This document shows positions 38,097 to 50,509 of a stretch of DNA of 64,000 nt, piece after piece; within the stretch, counting starts at the first letter, position 1; every line of letters starts with the position of its first letter. Origin of the DNA: Geosiphon pyriformis uo1 (Eukaryota > Fungi > Glomeromycota); assembly GCA_016748015.1 (NCBI GenBank), contig JAAOMT010000128.1, positions 1,743,538 to 1,807,537 on the forward strand. The letters are read 5' to 3'. The notes under the pieces are model-generated. The model saw nothing but the letters and a program-made list of their open reading frames with translations. It ran no database searches and had not been told where the DNA came from. Position numbers and translations under genes: made by a program.

Positions 38097-40307
38097 TTAT
38101 CGATGTTGCCGTCTTAACTCCTCATAGGCCTTCATAGAGAATATTCATTTCTTTAATAGTTTCGGAAAATTCCCTCGAAATTTGACATTTATACATACAT
38201 CTTGTTCTTCCGGTGACATTAATGAAGTATGAATGGTCTTGATATCGTTAAGCGCTAGCATTTTACCATTAACTTTAAAATATTGAGTGTCCAATATTGT
38301 ATCAAAAAAGTAAGGAGATTATTAAATTCAATCAAGCTCAGATTTTCTTACCTGATACCAGTGGTGTTTGGTTTCCATATTCAGTGTCATAACCTTCAGA
38401 ATCGTCTATTGAACCAGTTCTAGATCTTTTGCTGATAATCAATAATTGTTAATGTTGTGGTTGATACCTCCTTTGAATCCCAATAATAATAAAATACCTT
38501 TCCCTTTGGTCATCATCAAATTCAACTGCCTCAAACTCATCATCATCATAATAATTCCCATTTCCGTGAACACTAACTGGCTCGAATTCGTCATCTTCAT
38601 CCATTGCACTGGTGTACTCTTCCTCCTTTCCATTGACGTGATCTGTTTGCCCATTTTCTTCAAAATCTACAGGCCGGAATTCATCGTCTTCGATCTCTTC
38701 TTTCGGATTCGTGTAATTTGATGGTGTACTTGATCCAGTTTGCTGTTGATATTTGGCATAATAGTCTTCGTAGTCTGTGGATGAAGAAAAGGCCAGAAGA
38801 TTAAAATAATATCAGAATTGATTCGCCTTTGGAATTAATATTTCATACAATTCTGCCGTTCGTTGTTCTTTTCATTTGAACGATCCAGTTCAATTTCGTT
38901 ATGTTCTTCCTTGACATGCCGGGAAGAAGCATTTCTTGAAGTTTCTTCCACCGCAGCCTCCCCAGAAACGGTACTGCGCACATGCCACACAGGTAGTGCG
39001 TTTTGTAGCCTATTTAGACCAATGAAAAGATAATTATTTCCACAAAACTATATATATTTGAATTAATATCAAATAAAAATTTATATACCTTTTCTTTTCA
39101 GTTTCCGCTTCCCTAGCTTTTTTGGCTGCCTCATTATCATCCAAAAACACAACAACAATATCGGCGGGCATCCCACTATCTTTAGCGTATTCAAGTTCTT
39201 TATCTTCTAACAAGTGTTTAAAACCCAATCGTTAGAAATGATTTAAAAATTAATAATTTCATTTTGACTTACGCTCGGCCTGCGAAGCGACCTTGTTGGT
39301 AGAACTTCCACCGATTTTATCAATCGTGGTTCTATTGTTATTAAGTATGAGAATTCATAAAAATTCAAAAACGGCGAAAATCAACAAAATACCAGAAAAA
39401 TCATACGCTGGTATTTTAAGTTTATCAATATCTTTCAACAAATCGATAATCGGTTGGGATTGTTCCATGAATCTGAATAAAAACTCAATTAACAAAATAA
39501 ATACACCCAATCTACAAAGGCATCTACCAAGTTTATGAACGTATCGGACCTTCCGTGTAGTTTTTCAGACCCTTTTACGTTTTCAGCATTATCATTGTGA
39601 CTTAATTCAGCATTACATACATCGCAGACGAATATTCCCCTAGTATGATCAACTAGGTTTAATACATCCAATGGGGAGAACGTTTTATGACATCCAACTG
39701 TAGGACAAAGGAATCCTTTGTTTTGTTGTTCCTGAGTAATAAATCTTAATTGAAATGGGTTTAAATGATCACATCGTAAAAATGAATTCGAGATTATATT
39801 ACATTTCTCATCTTTTCGCTGACCATCACGCGAATTTTATATATTTTCCATTTCACGCCATTGACAAGTTGAAGCCAGTCAATGAAATAGTAGGTTTTAG
39901 GTACTGGCCTTTGTTCGGCCTTTTTAGGCTCCATTCTCTGAAAACTGTTAAATATTAAAATCGGAAAAATGGCAACTCATTAAATTTGATGATTTAAAAT
40001 TGAAAAGAAATGAATTGTTGAGCTTACTCACGTCTTTACCATTTTTTGCTCTTTCAGGGTGCCGCATATTTTATGAATTTCTTTTACAGTTAGTCCAATA
40101 CTTTTAGATAGCTCCTCATCATTTATTCTGTATTAATTGAAGGGTTAAATTAAATAGCCTCCTCAAATATTAGGCCAATCAAAAGGCATACGTTTGATGC
40201 TTAATCAACTCATCCATGACCACAATGTACTGTGTTTGAAAAAACGCACGCATAACCCGTTTAACAAGACTGATAAATGGTCGCATATCTACTGGTTCCT
40301 CCTCCAT
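38097..40307 (-). CDS. TFA1: Transcription initiation factor TFIIE alpha subunit, multi-exon
   Basis: LVKRVMRAFF, TYYFIDW...VKWKI, zinc ribbon CPTVGC..FSPLD..FVCDVCNAEL, QNALPVWH..STVSGE, acidic tail, MSPEE. Confidence 0.92.
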
Positions 40308-41085
40308 AACTTTAAAGTTAAATTTTAAGAGTTTGACTGTGGCAAAAAAGGTCGAGGGAAAAGTCGGAGAGGGTATATATAAATTTTGTAGAAGAGGTAT
40401 TTTGCTGAACTCTCAAAGTTCACAGTTCAAAACGTGACTTCTTGCAAAAGAAGAGCTGATACAATTAAATAAACAAAATATTTTCACAAAATGTCAAACA
40501 AAAAAACTCTAGATAGAATTACGAAAGAACAAGAAAAATTGAAAAATTTCATATTTTTAAATGCTTCTGCCGTTGTTTTGAAAAAACTATCTAATCTATT
40601 ATTTTTTGTTTAAATTGAATTTTTGGTTAATATAAAATATGATTTTTTTTAACAAAATGTGATCCAATTACTATTTATTTACATACAACATAATATGTTA
40701 TATTTTAATCATTAATTAAATATTTTAAAATCTTTAATTATAAAAAAAAATTTACTTATTTAAATTTTTTGGTTTTTTTATTGTATTTATTATGTTAGCT
40801 AAATTATTAATTACTTTAAAAAAAATTTAAATTTTTAAATTTTCTTATTAATTATCAAGCTTTTTTAATTATGTGGTTTTGTATTAAATTTATTATAACT
40901 ATTATTAATAAACATATAACATAAGTTTATTTAAGCAAAATAAACCCTATTTTTTTTTAATTACAATTAAAACAAAAAATAAAAAACCAATTTTTTTTTT
41001 ATAATTACTTTTTTTTAATAAGTAAAATCCAATTGTTATTTAATACAAAACAAAAAAAAATATTTAAATTAGATATTATTGTGTA

Positions 41086-41361
41086 AAGTGCAGATGTTGT
41101 TAGATGGTGTGGTTAGAATAATTGGTATTGCTGACTCCCTTGCAGTTAGCTTTGGTTGTCATAAGCCTTGCCTTTTCTTTTCTGGATTGGATTATAATCT
41201 ACATGTTGTTATAGGGGTATAGTAGTGTCTTGTCTGGTCCAAGTGGCTGGTCACATGTAGCAAGTGCATGAACTACATTTGGTTTGAGCCTCTTAGTTTG
41301 GCTCTATGTACTAAATAATGGTTGGGCTTCACTTGTTAAATGCATTTAATAAAAAAAAAAA
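41086..41361 (+). mobile_element. Short 5'-truncated LINE 3' end with poly(A)
   Basis: ORF2 C-terminus GVVRIIGIADSLAVSFGCHKPCLFFSG..., shared 3' UTR and A-tail. Confidence 0.85.
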
Positions 41362-41683
41362 TGTTATTTATGTATTTATTATATGTAACCAATTATTTAA
41401 ACCAGTTAAAACTATATTATATTTTTATTCTAATAAAAATATTATTATCAACAAATTTTCACATTTTTTAATACAAAAATTATGATTAAAATCATGCAAA
41501 AAAAGTTTATATTATTGTATTTAATTAACAAAATCAGCCAATAATAAAAAAAATAATATTAGTAATTAGTTTAATTATAATAAAAAAATATAATTTAATT
41601 TAATTATTAAATTAAATTAAATATAAAAATTTTTAACAAATTAAAAAACATCTGATTAAAAAGATATTATATTACAAATGCTA

Positions 41684-43971
41684 ATTTTAAAATGCTCTTT
41701 GTCTCCTTAATTTTATGATTATAACCAGAGCAAAGAATAAAAAAGCTGCATCTAATATCTGTCCTGAGATATCTAATAAAATTTCAACCAGAAAAGCTTT
41801 TTCTGTTGTAGAAGCAACTAGACAAAACATTTTAGAAGCCTTCCTTTTACCCAGTAATTGTGATAAGCTGTCTTTGGTAGCCATTAAAGCAATTTTTTTA
41901 TCTTTGACTGGTTTCTTACCAGTCAAAGTTCCCTTAAAAAGACACATTTGGATTAGTTTTAGTGTTGTCTCCACCCCAACTAAGAACCCAAAAGTTTTTA
42001 ATAATAGACTAATAAATAAGCTGGTTTTCCTCTCCATAGATTCAACATCTGGTGCTGCTAGCATTATCTCTTCAAAAAAATGGTCAAAAAAACCAAAAGT
42101 TCAGAAAAGTGAGAGCAGTTACTTGTCTTTGCTATTATTATACTAAACTCTTTTGTGATTTCCAATAAAATCTTAAATGAGATCTTCATAGCATCATTCA
42201 ACACATTATCCAAGATAGGCTTAGATCAACCACTGGCTGTATTGCCAAATATGATGTTTTTTAGTAGATCATTACTGATTTTAGAAGCAAAACAATTTCC
42301 TTCTGTTGAGTTACCTGTTCTTAAAAACTGGGCTAATCAAATGAAAACTGAATCATTTTCTCCTTTAGTTTTTGGTGTTACTTTTAGTGGTGCTTGGGAA
42401 ACTATTATTAATTGTCAAAGATTTACTGGGTGGGTGGCCTTTACTCTAGTGTTTGGTGCTACTTTTAAGATCAAATTGGCTCATGTTAAGACTGTTTTTC
42501 AGTTAGTACATGGTTTCTTGGATGTGAAGTCAGTATTAAAGGACAATGTAAAGCTGTTTTGTGTAGAGTTTGCTTCTCAAGTGTCTTTGAAAGCTGTATT
42601 TTTGGTTGAACTTACAAGCTCTGTACATTTGGCCACTCTTAAAATTGCCAAGTCTTTGGTGATTTTTGAGTTTGGTTCTCTTTCTGCTGCTGTTGTGCTG
42701 CATGATGTACCCTTGGGTGTGTTTGCTATTAACATTAAAATGGCTCTTAATGTATTTAATAGTGTTACTTATGTTGTGCTAAAGCCTGTTGGCATTTGGC
42801 AGTATGTAGTGGTTTATTTTGAGAAGTTAGATTCTGCTGTATTTGCTTTGAATTATTAATTAGTCTTGGTGAACAAGGATAGTGTTAAAATTTTTTCTTT
42901 GGTGAATCAAAATAAGACTATTTTGTTTCATAATAAGTTTAAGGCCAAGTTGGTCAATCTTTCTTCTAGATGTACAGCTTTTGAGATTAGTAATATGATT
43001 TCTCAAGTTGGTGATCGAACATGTTTTATCCCTTGTTCTTTTGAGTCTGGTTATCATTCCCAGTTTGCTCTGGTTATATTTAATTTCCAAGCTAATTTGG
43101 ATTCTGCTATTGTCAAAACTGGTACACTAAAAAAATGTCATATTTGGTAGAAAACTCCTGGTTGTTAGCATTGTTTCAAGTGTTAAGAGCTGGACCATCT
43201 GGCTGCAAACTGTAAGGTTTCTTTGTCTCCCTCTCCCAAGTTTCTCAAGATGTTTAAACATGTTTTGTTGGTTCTAAGTCTTATGCTAAGACTTTTGCTC
43301 CCTTGAGCTTCTCTGATTTCTATCTCTGTTATCTCTTGTTTCTTCTTCAGTTGTTGTTGATGATTCTTTGGTGCTGTTTCATTTGTTTTCTTTGGAATCT
43401 AATTTAACTAAGCTTTCTGCTTTGGTTGAGTCTATTGTCAAGCCTATTGGCTCTTTAGTTACAACTTTTGAACAGTTTATTAATGGTGATTTGGTTTCAA
43501 GTAGTGCTCTTGGTCTTAAGATCAATAAGGTTTTAATGCATATAAGTTCCTTTAGTAGAACTGTTGGTAAGTTGGAAAAAGAAGTGGTTTTTTTGAAAAA
43601 GGAATGCTGTATAAAAAACATTGATATATCTGGTAATTCAGAACTTCCACTTGTTATGGGTAATAAGATGTTTTCCAACTTAATGTCTTTTTGAGAACAT
43701 AAATCTGTTGATATTAAAACTGATCCCTTTAAAACTGCCAAGTAGCTAGTTGGTTTGGTTTCTTGCAGTGCAACTTTGTTTTCTGTTATTTAAAAGATGT
43801 CATCTTTGAATAAGTTTTCTTCTGTAGCATCAACATAGTGTGTTTTTGACTGGTCTGAATGGCTGGTTACATGTAGAAAATGCATGATTAGTGTTTAGTT
43901 TAGATTACTTAGTTCAATGTATTGTTCTAGGTGGCTTTTGGGTTTTATTTATTAAACTTTAATAAAAAAAA
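41684..43971 (+). mobile_element. ORF1-only non-autonomous LINE derivative (HAL1-like) with LINE 3' UTR, poly(A) and 15-bp TSD
   Basis: Single decayed ORF 41715-43838 (RRM-like, CFKC*ELDHLAANC knuckle, coiled coil), followed directly by the 3' UTR. TSD ATATTACAAAT(GC/AT)TA at 41669-41683 and 43972-43986. Confidence 0.85.
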
Positions 43972-45479
43972 ATATTACAAATATTATTAAAAAAAATTTA
44001 AATGTTATTTAATTAAAAATTAAAAGTTATTTAGATATTGTAAACAATAAAATAGCTAATAAGTTGATAATATAACTATTTTTAAAAATACTTGGTATTT
44101 TATTTATAATATTTTCAAATTTATTTGTTATATATAATAAAAAGTTAAATTAAATACTGCAATTGTAAATAAAACTTTATTTAAAAATATTTATTAAGTT
44201 TAATCATCTTTGATTTGGTATTTTAATTCTTAGTAACTATTAAATATATAAATAAAATTATATTAAGTTTGTATTTTTATTTTATAAAAGTTTTGTATTA
44301 TTATTTATTTATTATTATTTGTAAATACTTATATAATAAAAAATATTTTAGTGTTTTGTGTTTATATTATAAAAAAATTAAATTTTTAAATTATTTTTTT
44401 TATGTAAAATAAACTTTAATATTTATAAAAGACTATTAAAGTTATATATTATTCTATAAAAATTTATCTTAAATATGTATTTGTTATTATTATGTATTTT
44501 GTAAATGTTTTTATTATATATATTAAATTATATATTATATATTATATTAAACAAAAATTTAATCTTAAAAAATTAATACTTAAAAACTTTTTTTATTTTT
44601 AAAAATACTAAAATAACTATTAATAAAACTATAAACATTGTGTATAATTTGAAAGTAATTTATTGTGATAAAATATAATTAATTTAGTTTAAATACAAAA
44701 TATTTATAAAAAACAAATTAATATTTTACAATAATTTTGTATTTTTAATTGTTTATGGTTTTTTATTCTTGTTTTCTAATAATATTGTTAAGTTTTTTAA
44801 AATTGCTAAGAGTTTTAGTATTTGTTTTAAATTACATAAATTGTATTTATTTTTTTTAAGTATAATTAGATCTTTATAAAAAATTTTTTAATAAAAAACA
44901 ATCTCTTATAAAAAACATTTTTTTTTATAAAACTAATTAATTAATTAACAGTTTTTTTTTATATAAGAACAATTTATAAAGAAACAAAAACATAATTTTA
45001 GCAAATATTTATTTGAAATTTATTTTTATATAAGAACAAATATTATATACTAGATATTAATTAGTAATTAAAAAAAGAGTTAGAACATATTAAATTGATT
45101 TTATTTGATTTTTTTTAAATTAATTTATATTAAACTTATTCTTTTTAATATTATCTGTTTTTATATATAGTCTTATTATATTCTAATTTAAACTTGCTAA
45201 AACCAAATCTAATAATATTATTATAAACACATTTTTTAACAGACTTATTAAATTATTACAATATTAGAATTTTTATTAAAAAAACAAAAATAAACAGTAT
45301 TTAATAATACTTTTTATAAAAAAATTTGTTAATATTCCAAAAATTATTATGGCATAAAACATAATAATATTATAATTTACTTTAATTATAAATATTCAAA
45401 ACTTTATATTTTTTATTTAATTGTTTTCAAAATAATTAAAAAACATACAAAATAGTTAAATATTAAAATTAATAAAATC

Positions 45480-46090
45480 TCAAAAAGATCTATTTAACAT
45501 AAAAGCATTAAATTTCTATTATTAAACTAAATTTTAAATTATTAAATAAAACAAATAACTATAATTACTATTAAATTTAATGATTAATTAATAAAAGAGA
45601 AAGAAAAAAAATTTGCCAAATTTTTTGGTATACACAAAAATGAAATATAATTTTCAATAGATAAATTCAAAATTTCAAAAAATAAAACTAGTTATATATT
45701 TATTAATTTTATGATATAATAAAAAGTATATTAATTAAAAATTTACCAAAAAAATATTAAAAATTAAAAACCATTATATTCAAATTTGATTTTACTAACA
45801 TATATAATATTGATAAAACAAAATTATTTTTTTATATGAGACTAAATTAAATACTTGTAAAATGCCAAAATACAAAAAAAAATTGGTATATTATATTATT
45901 ATTATATTAAATTAATTGGGTTTTTTATAAAATAAATTTTGGATTACAATTTTTTTTGCTATAAATTTAATTAAATTTTACAAATTATAACTTTTAGTAA
46001 TTAAACATACAAAAAACTCAAAATATTTTAAAAGAATTAATACTTTTAATCTACTTGTGATTTACAAATTCAATTCTAAAGTATAAATAT
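45480..46090 (+). pseudogene. Decayed pogo/Tigger-type (Tc1/mariner) transposase fragment, cut by an LTR
   Basis: IKEK.KKFAKFFGI (CENP-B-type HTH), IYNIDKTKLFF (IYN.DETGLF), ITIFFA.N...KL*LLVIKHTKNSKYFK...LLVIYKFNSKV*I (KLRPLVIG..KNPRCFK..LPV.Y..N.KAWM). Confidence 0.8.
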
Positions 46091-49000
46091 TATTATAGTT
46101 GAAACTCATAGTTTTTATTAATTATTATATGTATTAGTTACTAATATTATATAATTAACTATCTTATTTTTAGATAATAAACATTGACTTAATCATTAAC
46201 CTAGTTATTAACTTAATTATTGACCACTTTTAATAACTATATAAATAATAAGCCTCTCAAATATAGCAAGTATATAGCAATTAATTAAAAATAAATAAAA
46301 TAACAATTATTATTTCAATCTTTTTTTTATCACTAATTCTTTTTTTTTTATCTTCAAGTATTCAAATATCTTGGAATAAAAGATTATTTGTTGGCATTTA
46401 TTTACTTTTTTCCTGATTTATATATGGTAACATTTGAAAATTATTGAATAAAACATAACTAAAAAGTACATTTAATATCTAATATCAAATTCTAAAAATG
46501 ATAATATGAGACATAAAATTATACCAGTGTATTATTATTTGTTAATAATATAAACTCTCCTTCTATTTTTAAATTTCTCAGTTATTTTTTGAAAAAAATA
46601 GTGACTAAAATATTTTATAAAACTGATTTTATACATTAAATATATACTTATTCAATTTACTTTTTAAAGTTAAATTTTTTTTAATTAATTCTATTATTTT
46701 ACAATTCTGTTTTCTTTTGCTATCTATTAGTTTGTTACTTTAATTCATAATATAAAAGTAGTGCTTTCTATGAAATTGTCAAAATTTACTTGTTTTTTAT
46801 TGTATAAGTAATTATTTATACTTGTTACAACAATTAAAAAAATATTTTAAAACACACAACAAAAATAATCTAAATTTTATTGTATTTAATTCTTTGCTTT
46901 TCTGTTTGATCTGCTTTCCTTTTAAAAAACAATTTAATAAACAATTCAAAAACTTTTGGAACTAGTTCTTAAATAAGCATTTAATTAAAACTTATACTGT
47001 CTACACAATCTATTTCTTTAATCAAGTTTATTTTAAAGAAATCTTTAAAAAAAACAACAGTATCAATCAATTTTATATTTAATAATCTTTAAACAACAGC
47101 CTTCTGATTTTGAACATTTGAACCATTAAATCCACATTTGAATTGCTATCTATCAAATATTTGAAACCTTTTTTAAAACAGAAAAAAAAGTTATCAAACC
47201 ACTTTTGTTTTTAATCTTTTTTTAAGTAAATCAAAATTTTCTATACAAACAGCTATTTTTAAACCAATGGCTGTTGATTTTATGTAAGCAAAAATTCTGG
47301 CTGCTCTTTAAGGTATATAAACTGTTTTAGAATAAAGAAACAACATCCTATTATTATTATTCAGAAATGACATCCAAGATTTAATTAAATAGTTAAATAA
47401 CTTTAAAAGAGCAGTTACAGCCAACCAATATAATAAAAAATACAAGTTCTAAATCGTTGATGGCTATCTTTAAGACTCTTTTGCTATTTGGTTCTTACAA
47501 GAAACCAATGCTAATGCTCTCTAAAAAATTATTAGATAGATATCAACAAATACCAAAAAAAAAATATTTTTTTCATTACTTGGTTTAAAACCAAATTTAG
47601 AACTTTTATACTAATATTCAAATAACATATAGAATTAAAAAAAAACCCAAGACCCAAGAAAAGTAGTAATTGAATATGCTAAAGCAATAAAAAAAACTAA
47701 TTAAATAGGTAGACTCTAAAAGAAATTGAACAGAAAAGCAAAAGATTTATTTTTTTTACAAAAGGATTAAGAACTGATCTTTTATATGTTTTTTAGTTTT
47801 TCTTGGCTTTAAAAAATAATTTCATTATGAATATAGCTATTAAATTTGCTTAAAAAATTAAAGATAACCAAAGAATATATTTAGAATTTATCTTTTCAGT
47901 TTTTACTTCTGTTCTTATTATGGCTGTTACTTTTTTTACTGTTTAAACTTCAGATTCCAATGAACAATTAATAAATAGACTCATAGTCAATTTAGTTTAA
48001 CTATTAAAATTTTCAGCTTAAACAGTTAAAAATAACCAACAATTACAAAAACCCAGATTTGAATCACATTTTAATCAGTTTCAGCAGTCTTTTTATTAAA
48101 AACAACAAAATCATGGCTCACTAATATGTTATTGCTGTGAATTAACTGAAAATTTCTCAAAAGATTGTAATAATTCTCTCTTGTTTTCTCCAGTTTTTAA
48201 AAATAATAATACTCAAAACAACAAACCCAACAATAATAGCATTTCTAATCAAAAACCTAATTATGCCAACATCAATTTTTTTTGGAAAAAATCCTTTAGT
48301 TTAAGCCATTGTTTATTAATTTTTAAACTAATAGACATATCTCCAAAAAATGAAAGTGCAAACCAACCAAAAAAAAACCTTTTTTTTTACTTTAACTTAA
48401 CTAATAATGACTATAACATAAATAAACTAGCTATCAACCTTTCTGAATTTACAAAAAAAAAGAAGAAAACCAAGGTTGATTTCATTTTAGACCCCAATAA
48501 AACTTCAACTTTTACTGCTAATAATAATAAGTTACCAAAAGCTAAAGTTTTTAAGAATTCTTTAAAGTTAAAATCTTCAGAAATTGTACAAAAATCTGGA
48601 TCTTATTCTATTGTCAAAAATCTCATGAAAACTTTAGCACACATTATTTTTGGCCAATTAATAACCTATCTACAATTTAGAAAAAATCTTTGCAAATTTC
48701 TGATTTCAAAAAAAAAAACACCAAAAATTAACAAATATTTTTGTTAAGCTAAACTTACTAACAATAGTAATGTTATTTTTTTGATTTATAAAGCCCAAGT
48801 GGCTGGTTACTTCATTAATTTAATCTTAGATAATGAATGATTTATTAATGTTATTGACAAACACTTCTTTAAAACAATTGACAAAAAGATTAATAAGTCT
48901 TTTATTTGACCAATAATTAATATATATAATAACAAAAAAAAATTTGGACATAGTCAAAGCTGTTTCTGTTAATATTAATAGTATTAGTATTAAAACTAAC

Positions 49001-50509
49001 ATGAAAGTTTTTGAAGTCAAAAAATATACTATCATTATTAACAATAAATGGCTCAAGAAAGCAAAAATATTACTTAATTATAAATTATGTAAATTAACTA
49101 TTAGATGTAATAAAAAGCTTATTGTGGTTAAATATTATTATTGAACAACTTTTCTAGCATTCAAGCAAAATCCAAAAGAAAAACAATTAGATAAATCAGA
49201 TAATAAAGAAAGTAATAAAACAAAAAAACAAAAAAAACAAAAAAAAACTGCTGAACTTACCTATACTATCTTCACCAACAATAGCAAGCCACTAAATAAT
49301 ATTAAAACAGACAAAAAAAAATCATTATAAATAACAAGATAATTTGTTGGCCTTATTACAACATGTTTAAAAGAACTTTTAATTGAAAACCTAGCAAAAA
49401 AGCCAAATACAGTTATTAATAACATGATTTTTGTGCTTGGTATTAGTGCAGTAAATTTCTGTATTCTCTTAGTAATGAATGCAAATTCTGCTTAATCTAT
49501 TAGAAGGATTGAGAACCTATTAGCTTAATACCAAAAAAAGATAAAAGAAGTGCAAAAGTTCTTTGAAAATAAACCACCAGAGATAAAATCATTAATAATA
49601 GAGCAAAAAAAACCCTTACCATAAAAAAAAAATAAACATTAAAAACCTGTTGGCTGAAAACAATCCAGTTATCTCAAAAAAAAGTTATATTCTTAAACAT
49701 ACTTATATAATACAACATACTATCACCATTAAAAAAACTTATTCTATCTACTTAAAGTTTTATTAATTCAATTGTTATAATAATAAATTCATTAAAAAAG
49801 AAATAAACTGGGTAAAAAATCTTGGATTCATACAAAAAACTAAGAACAAATGGGCATTTTTAGTTGTAGTAGTATTCAAAAAAGATAAAACTTCATGTTT
49901 TTGTGTTAATTATTATTAATTAAATGTTATCACTAAAAAAAACATGTACTTATTCTTTAAGATTAATGCAATACTAAACCAATTTAATGGTGCTGCTTTT
50001 TTCTCAATTATTAATTTAATTGTTGGATTTTGGCAAATAAAGATAAATTCAGAAAGCAAAAAAAAAACTGTCTTTATTACTAAGTACAATATTTATAAAT
50101 TCACAGTTATGTTTTTTAGTCTTATTAATGCTTTTTTTATCTTTTAATGCTGAATAAACAAAGTATTCAGTTAAAGAAAACTTTTGTTCTAATTTATTTG
50201 AATGATATAATAGTATACTCAAAAACCTGGGATGAATATCTTAAACATTTATAAAAAAATTTTGATTTGCTTAAAAATGTTGGCCTAAAAATCAATTCAA
50301 TCAAATTTTTTTTTGAACATCAATCTATTCAGTTTTTTGGTCATTTTATTATAAAAGATAAAATCTTCTCTGATTTAGCCAAAGTTAAAAAAGTCCAAAA
50401 CATTAGACAACCAATAAATATACATGAACTATATTCTTTTCTTGATTTGATATTTTATTATCAAAAATTTGTCAAAAATTTTTCCAAAATTGCCTTTTTT
50501 TTTAATTAG
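46091..50509 (+). mobile_element. Truncated Gypsy (family 2): 5' LTR 46091-46752, PBS, gag, protease, RT
   Basis: Decayed PBS TAGTGCTTTCTATGA, knuckle CYCCELTENFSKDC, LILDN protease site, RT GFWQI / YLNDI / FLDL..YY.KF. Confidence 0.88.
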
